Part shown: positions 1 through 12,009 of the stretch, piece after piece
Position numbering within the stretch: the stretch's first letter is position 1
Layout of the letters: every line of letters starts with the position of its first letter
Assembly (NCBI GenBank): GCA_002104905.1
Contig: MCFE01000121.1
Location: 1 to 64,000 of the forward strand
DNA: 64,000 nt
Direction of reading: 5' to 3'
DNA from: Basidiobolus meristosporus CBS 931.73
Taxonomy: Eukaryota > Fungi > Basidiobolomycota
The notes under the pieces: generated by a model
The model's database searches: none
Told to the model about the DNA's origin: nothing
What the model saw: the letters and a program-made list of their open reading frames with translations, nothing else
Program-made: the position numbers and the translations under genes

Positions 1-1204
1 CACTATTTCAATTGCGCGATAATTAAGCACTGCTGCTTCCGTTCAATAAACCCTTCTTATAGCATGTATGTGGTTTGGTGCTCTCGAGAAAGACCTGCTT
101 TTGATAGTTGCGTGGATGATAAGCATCCTGTACTCTCGGCCAAGGTCTGGGCGCTGAGATCAAGGCCCATCGGAGATGTGAAGGCTCCACAAGTGTGCAT
201 CTCCAGTGTCCAGGTCAATCCCCAAGTCATATTGTTAGGTAAAGCTATTTCTGACAAGTAAACCTTCCATATGATCATTAGACTTGATCAGCCTTTGAGC
301 ATTACTCAACTGGCTCGCGTGACCCTTCGATCCTCCATGTACTAATCAAATGCTAGCTACATGGGCCTAACCAAGCAATCTCTATGCTCATTGGTTCAGC
401 TCAGAATGGGGCTTAGCACGTTTTTCTTCTTTTTTGATTTTTCCTGATTCATGATGCTATACTCTAAGAGAATTTTTTGCCAACCTATTGGCCAGGTTGT
501 ATAAGTGTTAATTGTTATTTGTTAAGCCGTACACACTCGGGTATTGCGAAGTTCTAGAGGAGCATGCATGAAGGTAGGATCTATTAGGGTAACTCAAATG
601 CCATTAGCGGTATGGTTAATCGATATTCCAAAGGTCTGAGTTATTGCTGAAATATGCAGTGAAAACACTAATGCTACTGCATTCTCGATACTGTTGACTA
701 TTTAGAGGTATGCCAAACCACATTGACATTCGGGAACAGCTGGGATTATAATTTAGCTGCGCCAAACTGTCTCACCAGGACATTGCATCCACTGTATAAT
801 TTCTCCTCGACACTTGGTGAAGGATACCGACTTTCCCTGACTGAAGCTGACAATTTGCCCCCAATGTTGTAGGCATCTGTATAGGCTCTTCTAAGCTGTA
901 AAGGAAGAGTCTTATGGATAAGCCACATTTGAAGGCCAGCGTGATCGTGATTCCGAACTCCTTGGAAGATAGTATTACGCTTTGGGTATTTTCTAGAAGC
1001 TGCAAGGATATCCAATGGTTACCATTTAGAATCCATGCATTCCACTACCTGAATTGCCACAATAGGTGAACTCAACCAGACGCTACTAAATTAGGTCGAA
1101 TTCTCGGCTTGCTATCATTGTTGGTAACGAAACGTGATCTCTATCCTGGGAAAATTGAACTACTTTAAAAGCACAGCTGAGGGCCGTGCTTTCGTCAAGA
1201 TATC

Positions 1205-2598
1205 ATGAAGCTTTCAGCCCTTTTCCTCTCGCTTACCTCGCTGTTCGCAGTCGAAGGTGCTTTCTCAGGCAATGCACAACTGGGCCAGCCTCCCCGATAA
1301 TGGGAGTAAATTCATTTCTTTCAAGACAGATGTCAAGTCTGTTCCTGAATTTAGTCCCAACCAAACTTACTGGGCAGCCATCGCCTGGAACAACGGATAC
1401 ATGGGAATGCAGACATGGGCCAACAAACGTGTATTCCTCTTCTCTCTCTGGGACAACAACAATGGAAAAGCAACCATAGTGGAAACATGCAAGGAATGCG
1501 TGACTAGTCGCTTTGGCAACGAAGGCACTGGATCCCATATGCAGTATTTCTATCCATGGCTTGATGGAGTGGATTACGGCTTTCGAATTGACTATGAAGA
1601 GGATGGTGATTATTTGGTCTACACTGCTCAGCTACGTATTGATGGCGAATGGATGCAATTTGGTAAATTGCGTGTTATCAACGACAACTTAAACAGCGGT
1701 CTTGGCTACTTCTACCAGTTTCTCGAAAATCCGCAAGGAATCAGCAATGGTGTACGGGTGGGCGTATGGAGTAAACAAGCTTACAGACGTGAAGGCAGCA
1801 AGTACTGGTACCCTGCACTGGGTGGCTCTATAACGTACACATATCCCGGGCCCGACGGCACATGGGGCTCTGGTCTAACAGAAAATCAGACGGCAATCTG
1901 GATGTCTATCAACGGTCCAGCTGGCTATCATGGATATAATAACAAGCCCGAACAGTGGCAGTGGTATCCCTATGATGCCGATAATCTGGGAATAGACATC
2001 GTTGTTGCAAATAAAACTGATAGACGTTGTGGCTGGTTCGGAGATGTGATGCATCAGTGCCAGCCTGGTTACTGCTGCTCCAGTTATGGCTACTGCGGTA
2101 CCACCGATGCTTACTGCAAAGGCTCATCTAAGCTGGAATATGACGCCCCCGTAACAAAGCACCGGCCTCAGGTTAGGAAGAACGCAAAGGCAGAAGGAGT
2201 AAAAACCAAGTCCCATATGCACTCCAGGGCCGGAGTTTTCTAAATTCAAACTTGCCAACAACGCCGGTAGCTGTACCTGCACTAGGGACTCAGCAGACAT
2301 ATACATCGATGATTTCTTGGTTGCTTACCAAAATCAAGGATATTTGTGGGATGAGGCTGCTTGGAGTTCGGGCTCGGCCCTGTTTGACTATAAGGGCAAG
2401 AGCGCTGCTGGTAAAGACTATGATTTGCATGTTGAAGTGCAAACTCAGAAGCCTATGAAGGAAGGTGAACAAATTGGTGGACCGCTCTATGAGTGTTTCC
2501 AGCAGTCGGAGAAGCAACCCAGCTGGAGCAACGTCCAAATCCCTAAAAAATGCATCCTGGATGTCGACTCAGTCTCTGTTATTGCCACCTTCAATTAA
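1205..2598 (+). CDS. Secreted DUF3472-family protein with CBM18 (hevein) chitin-binding module and unknown C-terminal domain; two +1 frameshifts (pseudogene or consensus error)
   Basis: ATG 1205 gives signal peptide MKLSALFLSLTSLFAVEGAFS; this frame stops at 1298-1300. The 1257-2243 ORF carries DUF3472-like motifs TYWAAIAWNNGYMGMQ, RVFLFSLWD, SRFGNEGTG and YQFLENP, then CGWFGDVMHQCQPGYCCSSYGYCGTTDAYC (2028-2117). A further open frame runs 2203-2598. No introns evident. Confidence 0.8.
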
Positions 2599-3299
2599 GC
2601 ACATCTACCTCTTCATCACTCTCATATCACTGCTATTAACCATGTGCAAGGTGAATACAGTGTCATCCAACAGTACAGCTGCAACGTGTTACACAAAAAT
2701 GCACCATTAAATATGAATTTTTTTCTTTGAGCGACGTTTTAATCGGTACTGGTTGGATCACATCTTCAGTCGATGTTTACACTCAAGGGTTTGATCACTA
2801 CCAAACATGGCTATTTTTCGTTGACTTTCTGGGACTTATTGTGTGCCGTACCAGCATGCTTTGATGGTCACAACTCCATGGAACCGACCAGGAAATCGTT
2901 TTCAACGGCCACCTAAAGTATGTGATCTCGTGGCCGTTTTTCCGGATTCGGCTTGATATAAATTTTGGTTGAGTTGGATGTTTTTGTATGGCGCGCTGTG
3001 TGAACGAGCCAGGTACCCGATGAAACTCCTATCAGCGCATTCCATTTTTGCTCAGCTTGGATTTCGATCATAAGCTCCCACGTATCACCCCTCGATTCGG
3101 TAACTAATTACCATATGCTATGCGTCAGACATCACGAGTACCAAATAATGGAAATGATTGGCCAGGACTATTACCATCGAAAGTTATCTCTGCACCTTTA
3201 GTGCCGACTAATTTGTGGATTGAAACACAGGTTGGTCGTCCGCGTTAGCGGTTTCTTCCAACAAATGATGATTGCGCGAGCAGTTTTCATCCGATATTT

Positions 3300-5400
3300 A
3301 ATTGCTTTCTACGTACATTCTTTCTAATCCTCATCTAAAAGTCTCTGCTGCGTGTTTCTTACTCCCATGGTCTCCTTGACTAAGAATAGTCACCATGATA
3401 AGATGAATGATTTCTTCTGTATTTACTATAGCACTTGACTAGCAAATATCAGGTATTTTGCAAAACTCCAGAGAGTATTTGGATGCAATCTGGAGAATAA
3501 GACAAATATATGGTACTCACCAGTTATCTTATTGTGCTCAAATATGGAAATGTTACTCTCAGAATAGCATTGTGAAGCTTATGATGGAAACACCTTAAGT
3601 GATATCTTTGTTAATGATATAAATATATGTAGGCTTTTGTAAGAATCACTCAAAATATATTAGTGAGGGACCTAACAGTGTGCTTACAAAGCTTTAGGGC
3701 TTTACACAATATTCGACTATTCTTATGTTCTAGGTGCTTTATATTTGATAAGTATGTTTGAGGTGACTACTAATAAAGAGTCTGAGCAGAAAATGTTGGG
3801 TCTTATTAGTTATGCGCTATAACTATCCTAATGATATAATCTTAATATGGGTATAGATGTGCAATACCTTCCTTCACTACAAGTTGGTATCATTATGGAC
3901 TGATCACTGCATATTCTCTTTCTTTCTCACATTAGATACATACCAGCCTCCTGTGCTCCTGTGTATTGTCTGGTTAAAGCCTCTGGTCAAAACTTCTTAC
4001 CAGCAGACTCTCCTCATGTTTTTACTTCTATCTATAGACTGATTTATTTCAATTAAGGCATTACAAGCAACATAGTATTAGTTGCTGATGACCAATATAT
4101 GTCACTTGCCATGTGTGTATGCCAGTCCCAAACTCATGTCATATCAGAAGCTCCCTTAAATTCATGAGTTAAAAGAGTCTTTTGCTTGATCTTTCCCTTT
4201 TACTGCTTTATTGGGAGCTGTGTAACCTCTATTATTTATCATATGATATATTCTAAACATCCTAGTCTTTTGACAATTGTATTTTCATTCTTTTGGTTGC
4301 CACTCTAAAGAGCTGCAGTTGCTTACCAATAAGCATGTTACAATAACGGAGTGAATTGTGGGCATTTCAGCATATTCAATGAGTCATCAAATTGCTTCCT
4401 TGATTACCAGCAGCTCTTCAACTCACCCAGAGAATAGCTGTTGTGTTGTAAGAACTATATCCTGACAACAAGGACTTACCTTGCCTTGTTCTGTAGCCCT
4501 TACATGAGTTTTCAGGCTTGAGTCTTATGTGTATTTCAGCTGGTGTTCTGGTTGTAGTGTTCATCAGTATTATGCTGTGTGAATACCTATTGAGTTATTG
4601 ACCTGGACTATCATTATGTGTAGACCAAGGATCACTCAGGCACAGTAACTTCTTGGGCATATGTCTACTTAATCTAAGAATGCTTCAAGGTTGAATACTA
4701 GCAGCTCTAGCCCTATAGATTGCATAGGCTTTTGAAGGTATTACACAAGCATTTTGCCATTTTCTGATCAAACATCTGGCAGGAATATGTGTATTAATGT
4801 AAGCTACAATTGATGCTGAGTAGATTTTATGGCTCATACTTAATAATTTATTCAATGGAAAAGCAGTGTTGATATTTTTAAATGGTCTTGGCCAGATAAG
4901 CACAAGAATATATGCCCAGAGAAGTCCCAAAAATGTGTGTACAAAGTTAGGGGGTGCTTGGATAACACTGAGAAATCTCATGCTCTGGGGACCTGATATT
5001 TTGGTGAAAATATTGTAGGTATATCCAAACAGGGAATTTAATCAAAACTCTCTAATATTTGTAAATAGTGGACTAGAAGATCAAGTTAGGTGGATGTCAT
5101 GGTGTAATCGCAAAATTTACAACACAACTGTAGAACAAGTCAGCATAGATTACCAAGCAGTCCCTAGTTTAAAGCAGTGTGAGTGTCTATTGGTAATATT
5201 TCTGACTCTCTTTTGAGAAATCCATACAGCCATTTCATAGCCTACTGTACAGGTTTTGCAAGGCTCTAGGTAGTATTGGAGGTAACTTGGGCAGCTAGAA
5301 GAAATTCACATTATTCGGTTGTTATTTTATTGAGTTAAAAAGTTACTGTTACTTTATGGAGAAACTTTATAAACTGATGATAAAAGTGTCTGAGGGAAGG
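3300..5400 (-). mobile_element. Highly decayed transposon remnant, possibly pogo/Fot1-like (Tc1/mariner)
   Basis: AT-rich, CpG-poor, many stops. Minus strand 5238-5209 reads MKWLYGFLKR, resembling the W-x2-3-FLKR motif of pogo/CENP-B HTH domains. No TIRs or intact DDE domain found. Confidence 0.3.
4787..5124 (-). repeat. Old diverged LTR related to copia family A
   Basis: Shares ATATTTTGGTGAAAATATT, TGTGTACAAAG/GTCCCAA-type blocks and the terminal TTTACAACA (5124) with family-A LTRs. Left boundary approximate. Confidence 0.7.
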
Positions 5401-5826
5401 CTCTGGTAACCTGCGTGCCAAGTCTGGGGGCTTTTGCGCAAGCTTGAGAATATCAAACACCTCTAGACGTTGACTAATTGTGAGAACTAACTAATATATG
5501 ACAAACTAAATATTAGTAAACAGTTCATAACTTGGCGGTAACATAAGTAGAATCAAATGTTATATGAGTGGCTTAGGCGTAAGCTAAATATTCGCAATAG
5601 CAGAAAGGTAAGTGTGATGTTGAATTTCTGTATTAGTGCCATACACGGCATAGGATTGCAATGAATATAGCAATCTGCATAAGAGTCATTATGGCCTTCA
5701 CGCTCCAGCCAAAGCTTTGCTACTGAGGCAGACATACAAATAATGGCTTGAAATACTCTTTCTAAAATATGAGTGGGGGACTTGTGTAAGCAATAAAACG
5801 ATAACTTTATTCATGAAGTGCAACAG

Positions 5827-6648
5827 TCAGGCATTAATTGCATGACTATATTCATCCATAGCGCAGTGATTGTAGTTAAGCCAAACATTTACCACATGAT
5901 TGCAATCCTCAGTCCCCAGTGGATTTCCGTCAAAGGCCAGATAGGTACCTTCTCCAGACGGGATTACACCGGCGCCCCAGCAAGGAATGCAGCAGGCTTG
6001 AGAGATGTAGCCGCCCCAATTGGGATAGCAAAAATCACTTCCTTCAATGCGATAGCACTGTCTGCTATAGATACCCTTTCGCGTTTGGTTAACAGTCCCA
6101 CCAAAATCCTCCAGGAACTGGTAGATTCCAGTGTCGGAATCGAGGCTATAATTGCCAAAGCCAATGCCTTTGATACTGGCAAAAAAGTGCCATTGATCAT
6201 TCACCCTAAACGAGGCGGTGAAGACGGTATCGTTGCCCACCCATTCGGCTTCGATTTTCACGCGGTATGTAACACCTGTTTGCCAATGATAGTTCATAAA
6301 GGCATGGGTACCCCAGCCCCCCATCTCATAGAAGGATGTGTGCCAGACATTCTCGCCCATCTTGATGACTTCGGTCGTGGTGTTCTTGAGATTCCATACG
6401 GAGAAGATAAGCACCCTGTCCTCGGAAGTATCCAACGTCTGAAACCCAAAATAGCCAGTTCCAAACCCTGCAGGGTTCCAGTAGGTGGTCGGAGGGGCCA
6501 TGCCGTCAGGGATCAATAGATCGGACTCAAAGCTCTTCACTGGCCCAACGTTCCAATTCGGAAAGTCAGGATCGTTGTACATTGCGGTACATCCTACAAG
6601 AAGCCCTAGCACTAGGACTAAGGTTAGAGTGCGGATTTTGCTAAACAT
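5827..6648 (-). CDS. Secreted DUF3472-family protein (273 aa, intact, intronless)
   Basis: Signal peptide MFSKIRTLTLVLVLGLLVGCTA; motifs TYWNPAGFGTGYFGFQ, RVLIFSVWN, YHWQTGVTY, YQFLEDFGG, RKGIYSRQ. Collinear with the 1257-2243 protein. Confidence 0.88.
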   Translation of the reverse strand: MFSKIRTLTLVLVLGLLVGCTAMYNDPDFPNWNVGPVKSFESDLLIPDGMAPPTTYWNPAGFGTGYFGFQTLDTSEDRVLIFSVWNLKNTTTEVIKMGENVWHTSFYEMGGWGTHAFMNYHWQTGVTYRVKIEAEWVGNDTVFTASFRVNDQWHFFASIKGIGFGNYSLDSDTGIYQFLEDFGGTVNQTRKGIYSRQCYRIEGSDFCYPNWGGYISQACCIPCWGAGVIPSGEGTYLAFDGNPLGTEDCNHVVNVWLNYNHCAMDEYSHAINA

Positions 6649-7131
6649 AATAATGTCTGACTGCCGAGACGACTACGGCTATTTATACATCAGTTTAATA
6701 GCTTTTTTCTCGCGCATTTCCATTTGCATTCTATCTACACCAATGCCATTGCTCAGTCTAAATTCAGCCACAACTTCCTTTGGCACGTCTCACTCAACAA
6801 GGCTGAAAATCCACGTGCTAGAGATCGTCTTCATACTTTGACTCCGTGGAGAAAGATATCGGTAAAAGCTTGCTACGGTGCCACAAAAGCCTTCAGTGGC
6901 TTGAATGAGGAGTCAGGCACTTACCAAATGGCATCTCTGCCTGAACAAGAGAAATCAGGCTTATCCCATGTGACTAGTCTGGCACTCTTCTTCGCGCAGT
7001 TGTCGCTTGAGATGTGATATGCTTCTTTCCAGAGAGTATTCCATGGATTCGTCACTTATTCTAGAACGTTTGTATACTCCCACAGAGCAGCAATATAAGA
7101 CGGCAATTCAGCGCATTCAGAATTCCTAACA

Positions 7132-7419
7132 ATGCTGTTTACTAATGCTTTCATAGCTACTGTGGCACTCTTCAGTGCTATCGAGGCTTTTCAACATCCA
7201 GGATCCGAGTCGAACGGTCAGTTGCCTGCTTCCGTGGATCCGCGTATTGGCAAATTACTTTCTCAAATTCATCAGGTGGAGCGGGAAAATCTACAGAGAA
7301 GAATTCAAATCAAACAACCTCATCGCGCAACAACCGATGCTTACTTACAGACCACCGATTGCGCAAGGCCTTCCTTGCCCCCGGTCTATACTCCACCCAA
7401 GGTCAACAAAAATAACTGA
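7132..7419 (+). CDS. Small secreted protein of unknown function (95 aa; possibly extends to 7492 across a +1 frameshift)
   Basis: Signal-peptide-like MLFTNAFIATVALFSAIEA; ACAATG start context; TATA-like AATATAA near 7092; transcribed divergently from the DUF3472 paralogue. Confidence 0.6.
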   Translation: MLFTNAFIATVALFSAIEAFQHPGSESNGQLPASVDPRIGKLLSQIHQVERENLQRRIQIKQPHRATTDAYLQTTDCARPSLPPVYTPPKVNKNN

Positions 7420-7581
7420 TGTTTCGGCCAGAAGGCACAATAAAGCAATTAAAATCCAAAGCGTTGCCCAAGATAAAAACATCACTTACTAATCAATATG
7501 CACGTGGTTATTAATTCAGTATAAAACGATCAGTTTCGTGAGGTACTTATGGTTAGGTCATGATCTGGTCCATCTGATCTT

Positions 7582-7638
7582 GGGAATCGTCTCGGGAATC
7601 GTTTCGGGAATCATCTTGGGAATCGTCTCGGGAATCGT
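7582..7638. repeat. 12-bp tandem repeat (GGGAATCGTCTC, ~4.75 copies)
   Basis: Read directly: gggaatcgtctc gggaatcgtttc gggaatcatctt gggaatcgtctc gggaatcgt. Confidence 0.95.
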
Positions 7639-9799
7639 AAATCAAGATTCTACACAAAATTGGATAATCAGTATCTCCTCATATTTAGCCTATCATCCAT
7701 GTATATACATTAGCGGGGTATCCGTGACTGGTCACGTTCTTGGTAAAGCCACTGATGTTGTAGCTACCAGAGCTTCAACATGGTGCAAACCAGATTGGCA
7801 ATTATTCAGCGATGCCAATCCTTTCAGCTATCAATATCAAAGCCCTCTGCAGCAAATAAAAATCCAATTGGGTGGGCCTCTTAGTTCAGGTGACCTTACT
7901 CAGCTTTGTGAGGATATTCCAGAATGCTGCTGTTAAAGACATCTAGGTTGGTCAATATGGTGGGACAGTCTCGAAAGAAAGTCGGTGACATATCAAGGTT
8001 GAAAGTGTTTCCAGTAGTCAACGCGCATTCAGCAAGGTAATATCACTATTATTAAATTAATAATCCAAATGCAGTTAATCACCCTGCAAAATATAAGTTG
8101 ATTGAGGAATTTTTACCGGGAATATGGAAAACTATTATTTGACAGTATTGGGAACAAACTCAGCTGCTTGTTGTGGCTTGATCGACGTATCTAGACCCAA
8201 GTGTGGAGTTGGATTTCTGCCTGCTTAGTCCTTATGAAGTGCGGCTTAATCATATGACTGGCATTACCGAACAATCATCCCGCGATTTAAACCCTTGAAT
8301 GACTTGCTTTCAAAGTGGCACTGTTATTATCACTGTCGCAGATCCTGGCATTAATACAGAAGCCAAAAGCTATTGGATATTGGCAATTTCTACATTGCTT
8401 CAACTACGCCATGAGGATACGGGGAGCAGCCTGGAGGCACTCTCACAAACTTCTGTATAGCGTAGAAGTGATGCTCTGAATAAACCTTTGAGCTGAATTC
8501 AACGCCTTAGCTGAGTCTTAGTTAAGCGTAATATAATATCTTGAATGGCATGAAGTTTGAGCATGAAGTATAGTTTATCTCAAAGCCGTCAATATATAGA
8601 ATTTCATCATAACATCCAATACTATTCTATTTGGTAAGTGATCCCAACCAGCATGGTCAAATCCAAGTCACCCTTGCTGATGACTCTCACACTTGGTACA
8701 TGTGAAACAATAAACAGGAACCAACTCACTACAACCCAGGAAGGAAAAAGAAAGAAGCCTATAAGATGTATTCAGCTTTGATGATATATTAGGACAAGTC
8801 ATTGTGTCAAAAAGACATTACAAAGAATTAGACAAATTTGCAAAACACTTGGAAAACAAAGTGCATATGTTACATTTGATCTTTGCAGGAAGCACTGAGC
8901 TTCTTTGCACAAGATAAATCAATGTTGCAAATAGTTATTGCATCAATGCTGAGCAAAACACCTGCAGCTTAACCCCAGGTAGTTGTTGTTGATAGAATAT
9001 TTACCACAGAGCAGGAGTTAAGCAGACCGCTGTATCCAAAAGAAAAGTGTAATAAAAATTCATAAATGGTCTCACTGACCAAAAGGGACAATTAAATGCA
9101 GAATCATAGAGCTGTCAAAGTATGACAGAAATATTGGCAGAATGGTTCTGGTCTAATATTTGTCTTGGATATAGCTGAATTTGGCTATAGAGGTGACGGA
9201 GTTGGTTTGCCATGCAGGCCAGGCTTGGTATCTGTGGGTGCTCTAGATATGCTAAGCTTTGGTAGAAGCTAGAACAGAATTGCTGAATTCTTAATTTTGT
9301 TGAGACACACACTAAGCCATAGGGTTCAGTAAGCTGCATTTAAGCATTTCTGATCAAGTTTGATTAGTAAGCACCAAGAGACTGGATTAATTGAAATCAA
9401 TATGATTGTTAATAGTAAGATGAGAAATATGATAATTGCATCTTCAATTGACAGATGTCTTGGCATATGCCCAATGATTTGATTGATCTCAGATGACTCA
9501 TCACCTGCCAAGGTGCAGTAGTTCAGCTAATAATGTAATGATCCCATGAAAATGGATCAGGTGTGATAGCTGTTGCAATATCCTGAGGAATACTGGAAGT
9601 GATGTGGAGAATTAGATGATTTACATGTTACTGACTTGTTGATTTAATGATCCAAAATATGGTGACCAATCTTCTGAAAAAGTAAGGCAAGCAAACATGT
9701 AGAGCTTGAAAAGACAGGTCTTAAGAATATGTGTGACAAGTCTGGAGGCTTTTGGACATCTTTGGGAAAGGTTGCAATTTGGGTACCTGATAATTTAGT

Positions 9800-10870
9800 G
9801 AGAATATTTCAAGTAATTCTCAACAAGAAGTCTGACCAAGACAGAATGCTAACAACAGAATAAGATCTTTGTGACTGAATTAGCATTGGTACTTAGGTGA
9901 CAACTAATAGTTACATCAATAGCTAAAGTAGATTCTGAGATTAGATAAAATAAATCATGACTGGAATTAATTATATTTGGGTTAGGGAAATCAGTGTGGG
10001 TACTAGATTTTCTACCTTTGCAAAATTGGCTAAGCTCAACCAGACTTGGCCAATTCTTGGAAGTCAGCTTTGATATTTAGCCAGTGGTATCCATTGCAGT
10101 GAAGCTTCTTCATTAGTGTGTTAGCTCCAAAGTGGCCAAGCTAATGACTCCTGGGTATCAAGGTTTTCCTTTCTTCTGCAGATGAGATTTTCCAGGTTGC
10201 TAAATCCAGTTGAGGAGCTATTTTGGAAGCTGTATTGAATGTACTGTTATATCAATAATCACATGTCCCTCTCAAGGTAAAGTTGGAAAGTGTCCTGAAA
10301 GATGGCTAGGCAGGATGAAGAGAATTGCTAGTCAATGCAAAACTGTATATTTCTAATCAAGTAGAATACCTAGCCAATAGGTTAGCTTTGGAGTTAAAGA
10401 TGTTAGGTTGCAGATACATACAAGGGCTTGGTGATCTATGCATAGTGTAAAAGGGATACCTCATAGATACTGGTGAAACCTCCTTAAGGCAAAGACTATT
10501 GCAAGTAGCTCCTTCTTGGTGGTAGTGTTGCTTCACTCAGCAGACTGTAGTGATCGTGCTTGGGAAGATATCCAGTCAGGTGAGTTTTGAAGCATCCAAT
10601 GGACACTATTCCTGCTAAAGACAGTCTTGTGCTGGTGATCCAGATAGATCTGAAATTGGTGATGTGCATCCTTTAAGTCCAGCTTGGAGGAAAATTTTGC
10701 CTCTGACTGTAAGGAAAAATAACCTGGATTCTTAAGATGTAAAACTTGGCATCTTGGAGAGGTTTGCTCACTGCTATGATGTTGCCAACAGGGGTCCACA
10801 TCAAGATTGTCAAAATGCAGTCAAGTTTCTTGTCATCTGAGGCAATTGCATATATTGGCCGGTTAGTTAT
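9800..10870 (-). mobile_element. Decayed Ty3/gypsy pol remnant (RT, RNase H)
   Basis: RT motif SKLDLKDAHHQF in ORF 10533-10799; downstream on the minus strand TTTKKELLAIVFALRRFHQYL*GIPFTLCIDHQAL (RNase H). Boundaries approximate. Confidence 0.75.
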
Positions 10871-11129
10871 ATTAACAAAATGCAGACTGCATTAAGACTA
10901 CAAGTAGCATGCAAGTCCTGCTAAATATCCTTCAGAGCACTGTCAAGTTTATTACTTAGTTTAGCAGTAAAACCATTGTAGTCCTATGATCAGATTGTGG
11001 AGAGGGTAAAGAATCCTAAGCTGCCAGCATTATTACAGCCTCATCATGAGATCTTTATAGCTGATCTAGATTAGATCCTCCTATAAAACTGAATGATTCT
11101 TCATACTAATCCTGTTCATGTTGATGAGC

Positions 11130-11877
11130 ATCAGGCAATACCAGAGGCCCTTGGTAGCTTTCAGACAAAACTCTGGTAATTGGCAATGACTAAGGGATAT
11201 TACATCCTGATGGAAAATAAAATGTGAAGCCTGGGCAATATACCAATCAACTGCATATCAATTGGATGCAGGTGGGTCTTCATTACAAGATACAAGGTTT
11301 ATGCTACAGCTAAAAGACACAAAGCAAGCCTTGCAGCTAAGCAAGACTCTAAGATAGTAGAGCTGGATCACACAGACACCTTGGCACAGGTAGCAAAACT
11401 CACATCTGACATACAATATTTGCAGTTGCAGCCAAGTACAGACACTTGCCTCATTATATAGACTTGGAAACTCTATGTCTGAGTGGTAAGCCTGCTATGG
11501 GCAAGTATATAGATCAGCATGATTGACTTATTATTATGACAACCCCCATCTGGCTTGCAAGCTCAAAAAATATTTATACAGTTGCAGGCAATAGCAAGAG
11601 CTTGGAATTAAAGTATAGACACTTATATAGAGTTCCTGAATTTCCAAAGATATACAGCTTACCATAATATCTATTATGTTGCAGGTGAAGTTATTGCAGC
11701 TCTATTAGCTTTTTGCATGAGTGATCTGATTGTAGCCACCATCAACCTTAAAAAGACTAAAGCATATCTCTATAATTCAGATGTCTGATCTAGGTGAGCC
11801 AATTTCCTACTAAAGAATACCATTCCCCATATATAAAGCAGCCAAAACCATCCCCTTAAGCCAGTCCAAGTATTTTC
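11130..11877 (+). mobile_element. Decayed copia family A RT fragment (host of the nested cluster)
   Basis: Nucleotide similarity to 17820-18590 (e.g. atcaattggatgcaggtgggtcttc, agccagtccaagtat); cut at ~11878 by an LTR end. Confidence 0.75.
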
Positions 11878-12009
11878 TATTGTAAAAGTCTTGGAGATAT
11901 TGGAAGTGATTGGGAGAACAAGTAGATTGTAAGGTTTTCAGTTAATGATTTATTGCATGTAAAAATAATATTTATACTTTTACATGGGCTTGGCAAACAA
12001 ACATGTGAG
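11878..12009 (-). repeat. 3' part (~132 bp) of a family-A LTR, antisense
   Basis: tattgtaaaagtcttggagatattggaagtgattggg... matches the LTR 3' end; truncated at 12009 by the start of another LTR. Confidence 0.85.

Noticed and set aside
57-1015. Short ORFs at the window start
   Set aside because: No recognisable motif or consistent frame.
1250-1268. 12- or 19-nt GT-AG micro-intron as the fix for the first DUF3472 frameshift
   Set aside because: 12 nt does not change frame; 19 nt has no branch point and is far below the ~50-100 nt introns seen here.
2930-3090. Minus-strand peptide DTWELMIEIQAEQK resembling DYDLHVEVQTQK of the hidden C-terminal domain
   Set aside because: Similarity too short and flanking residues do not align.
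5818-6519. 233-aa plus-strand ORF overlapping the DUF3472 paralogue
   Set aside because: Antisense shadow; the minus frame has the signal peptide and family motifs.
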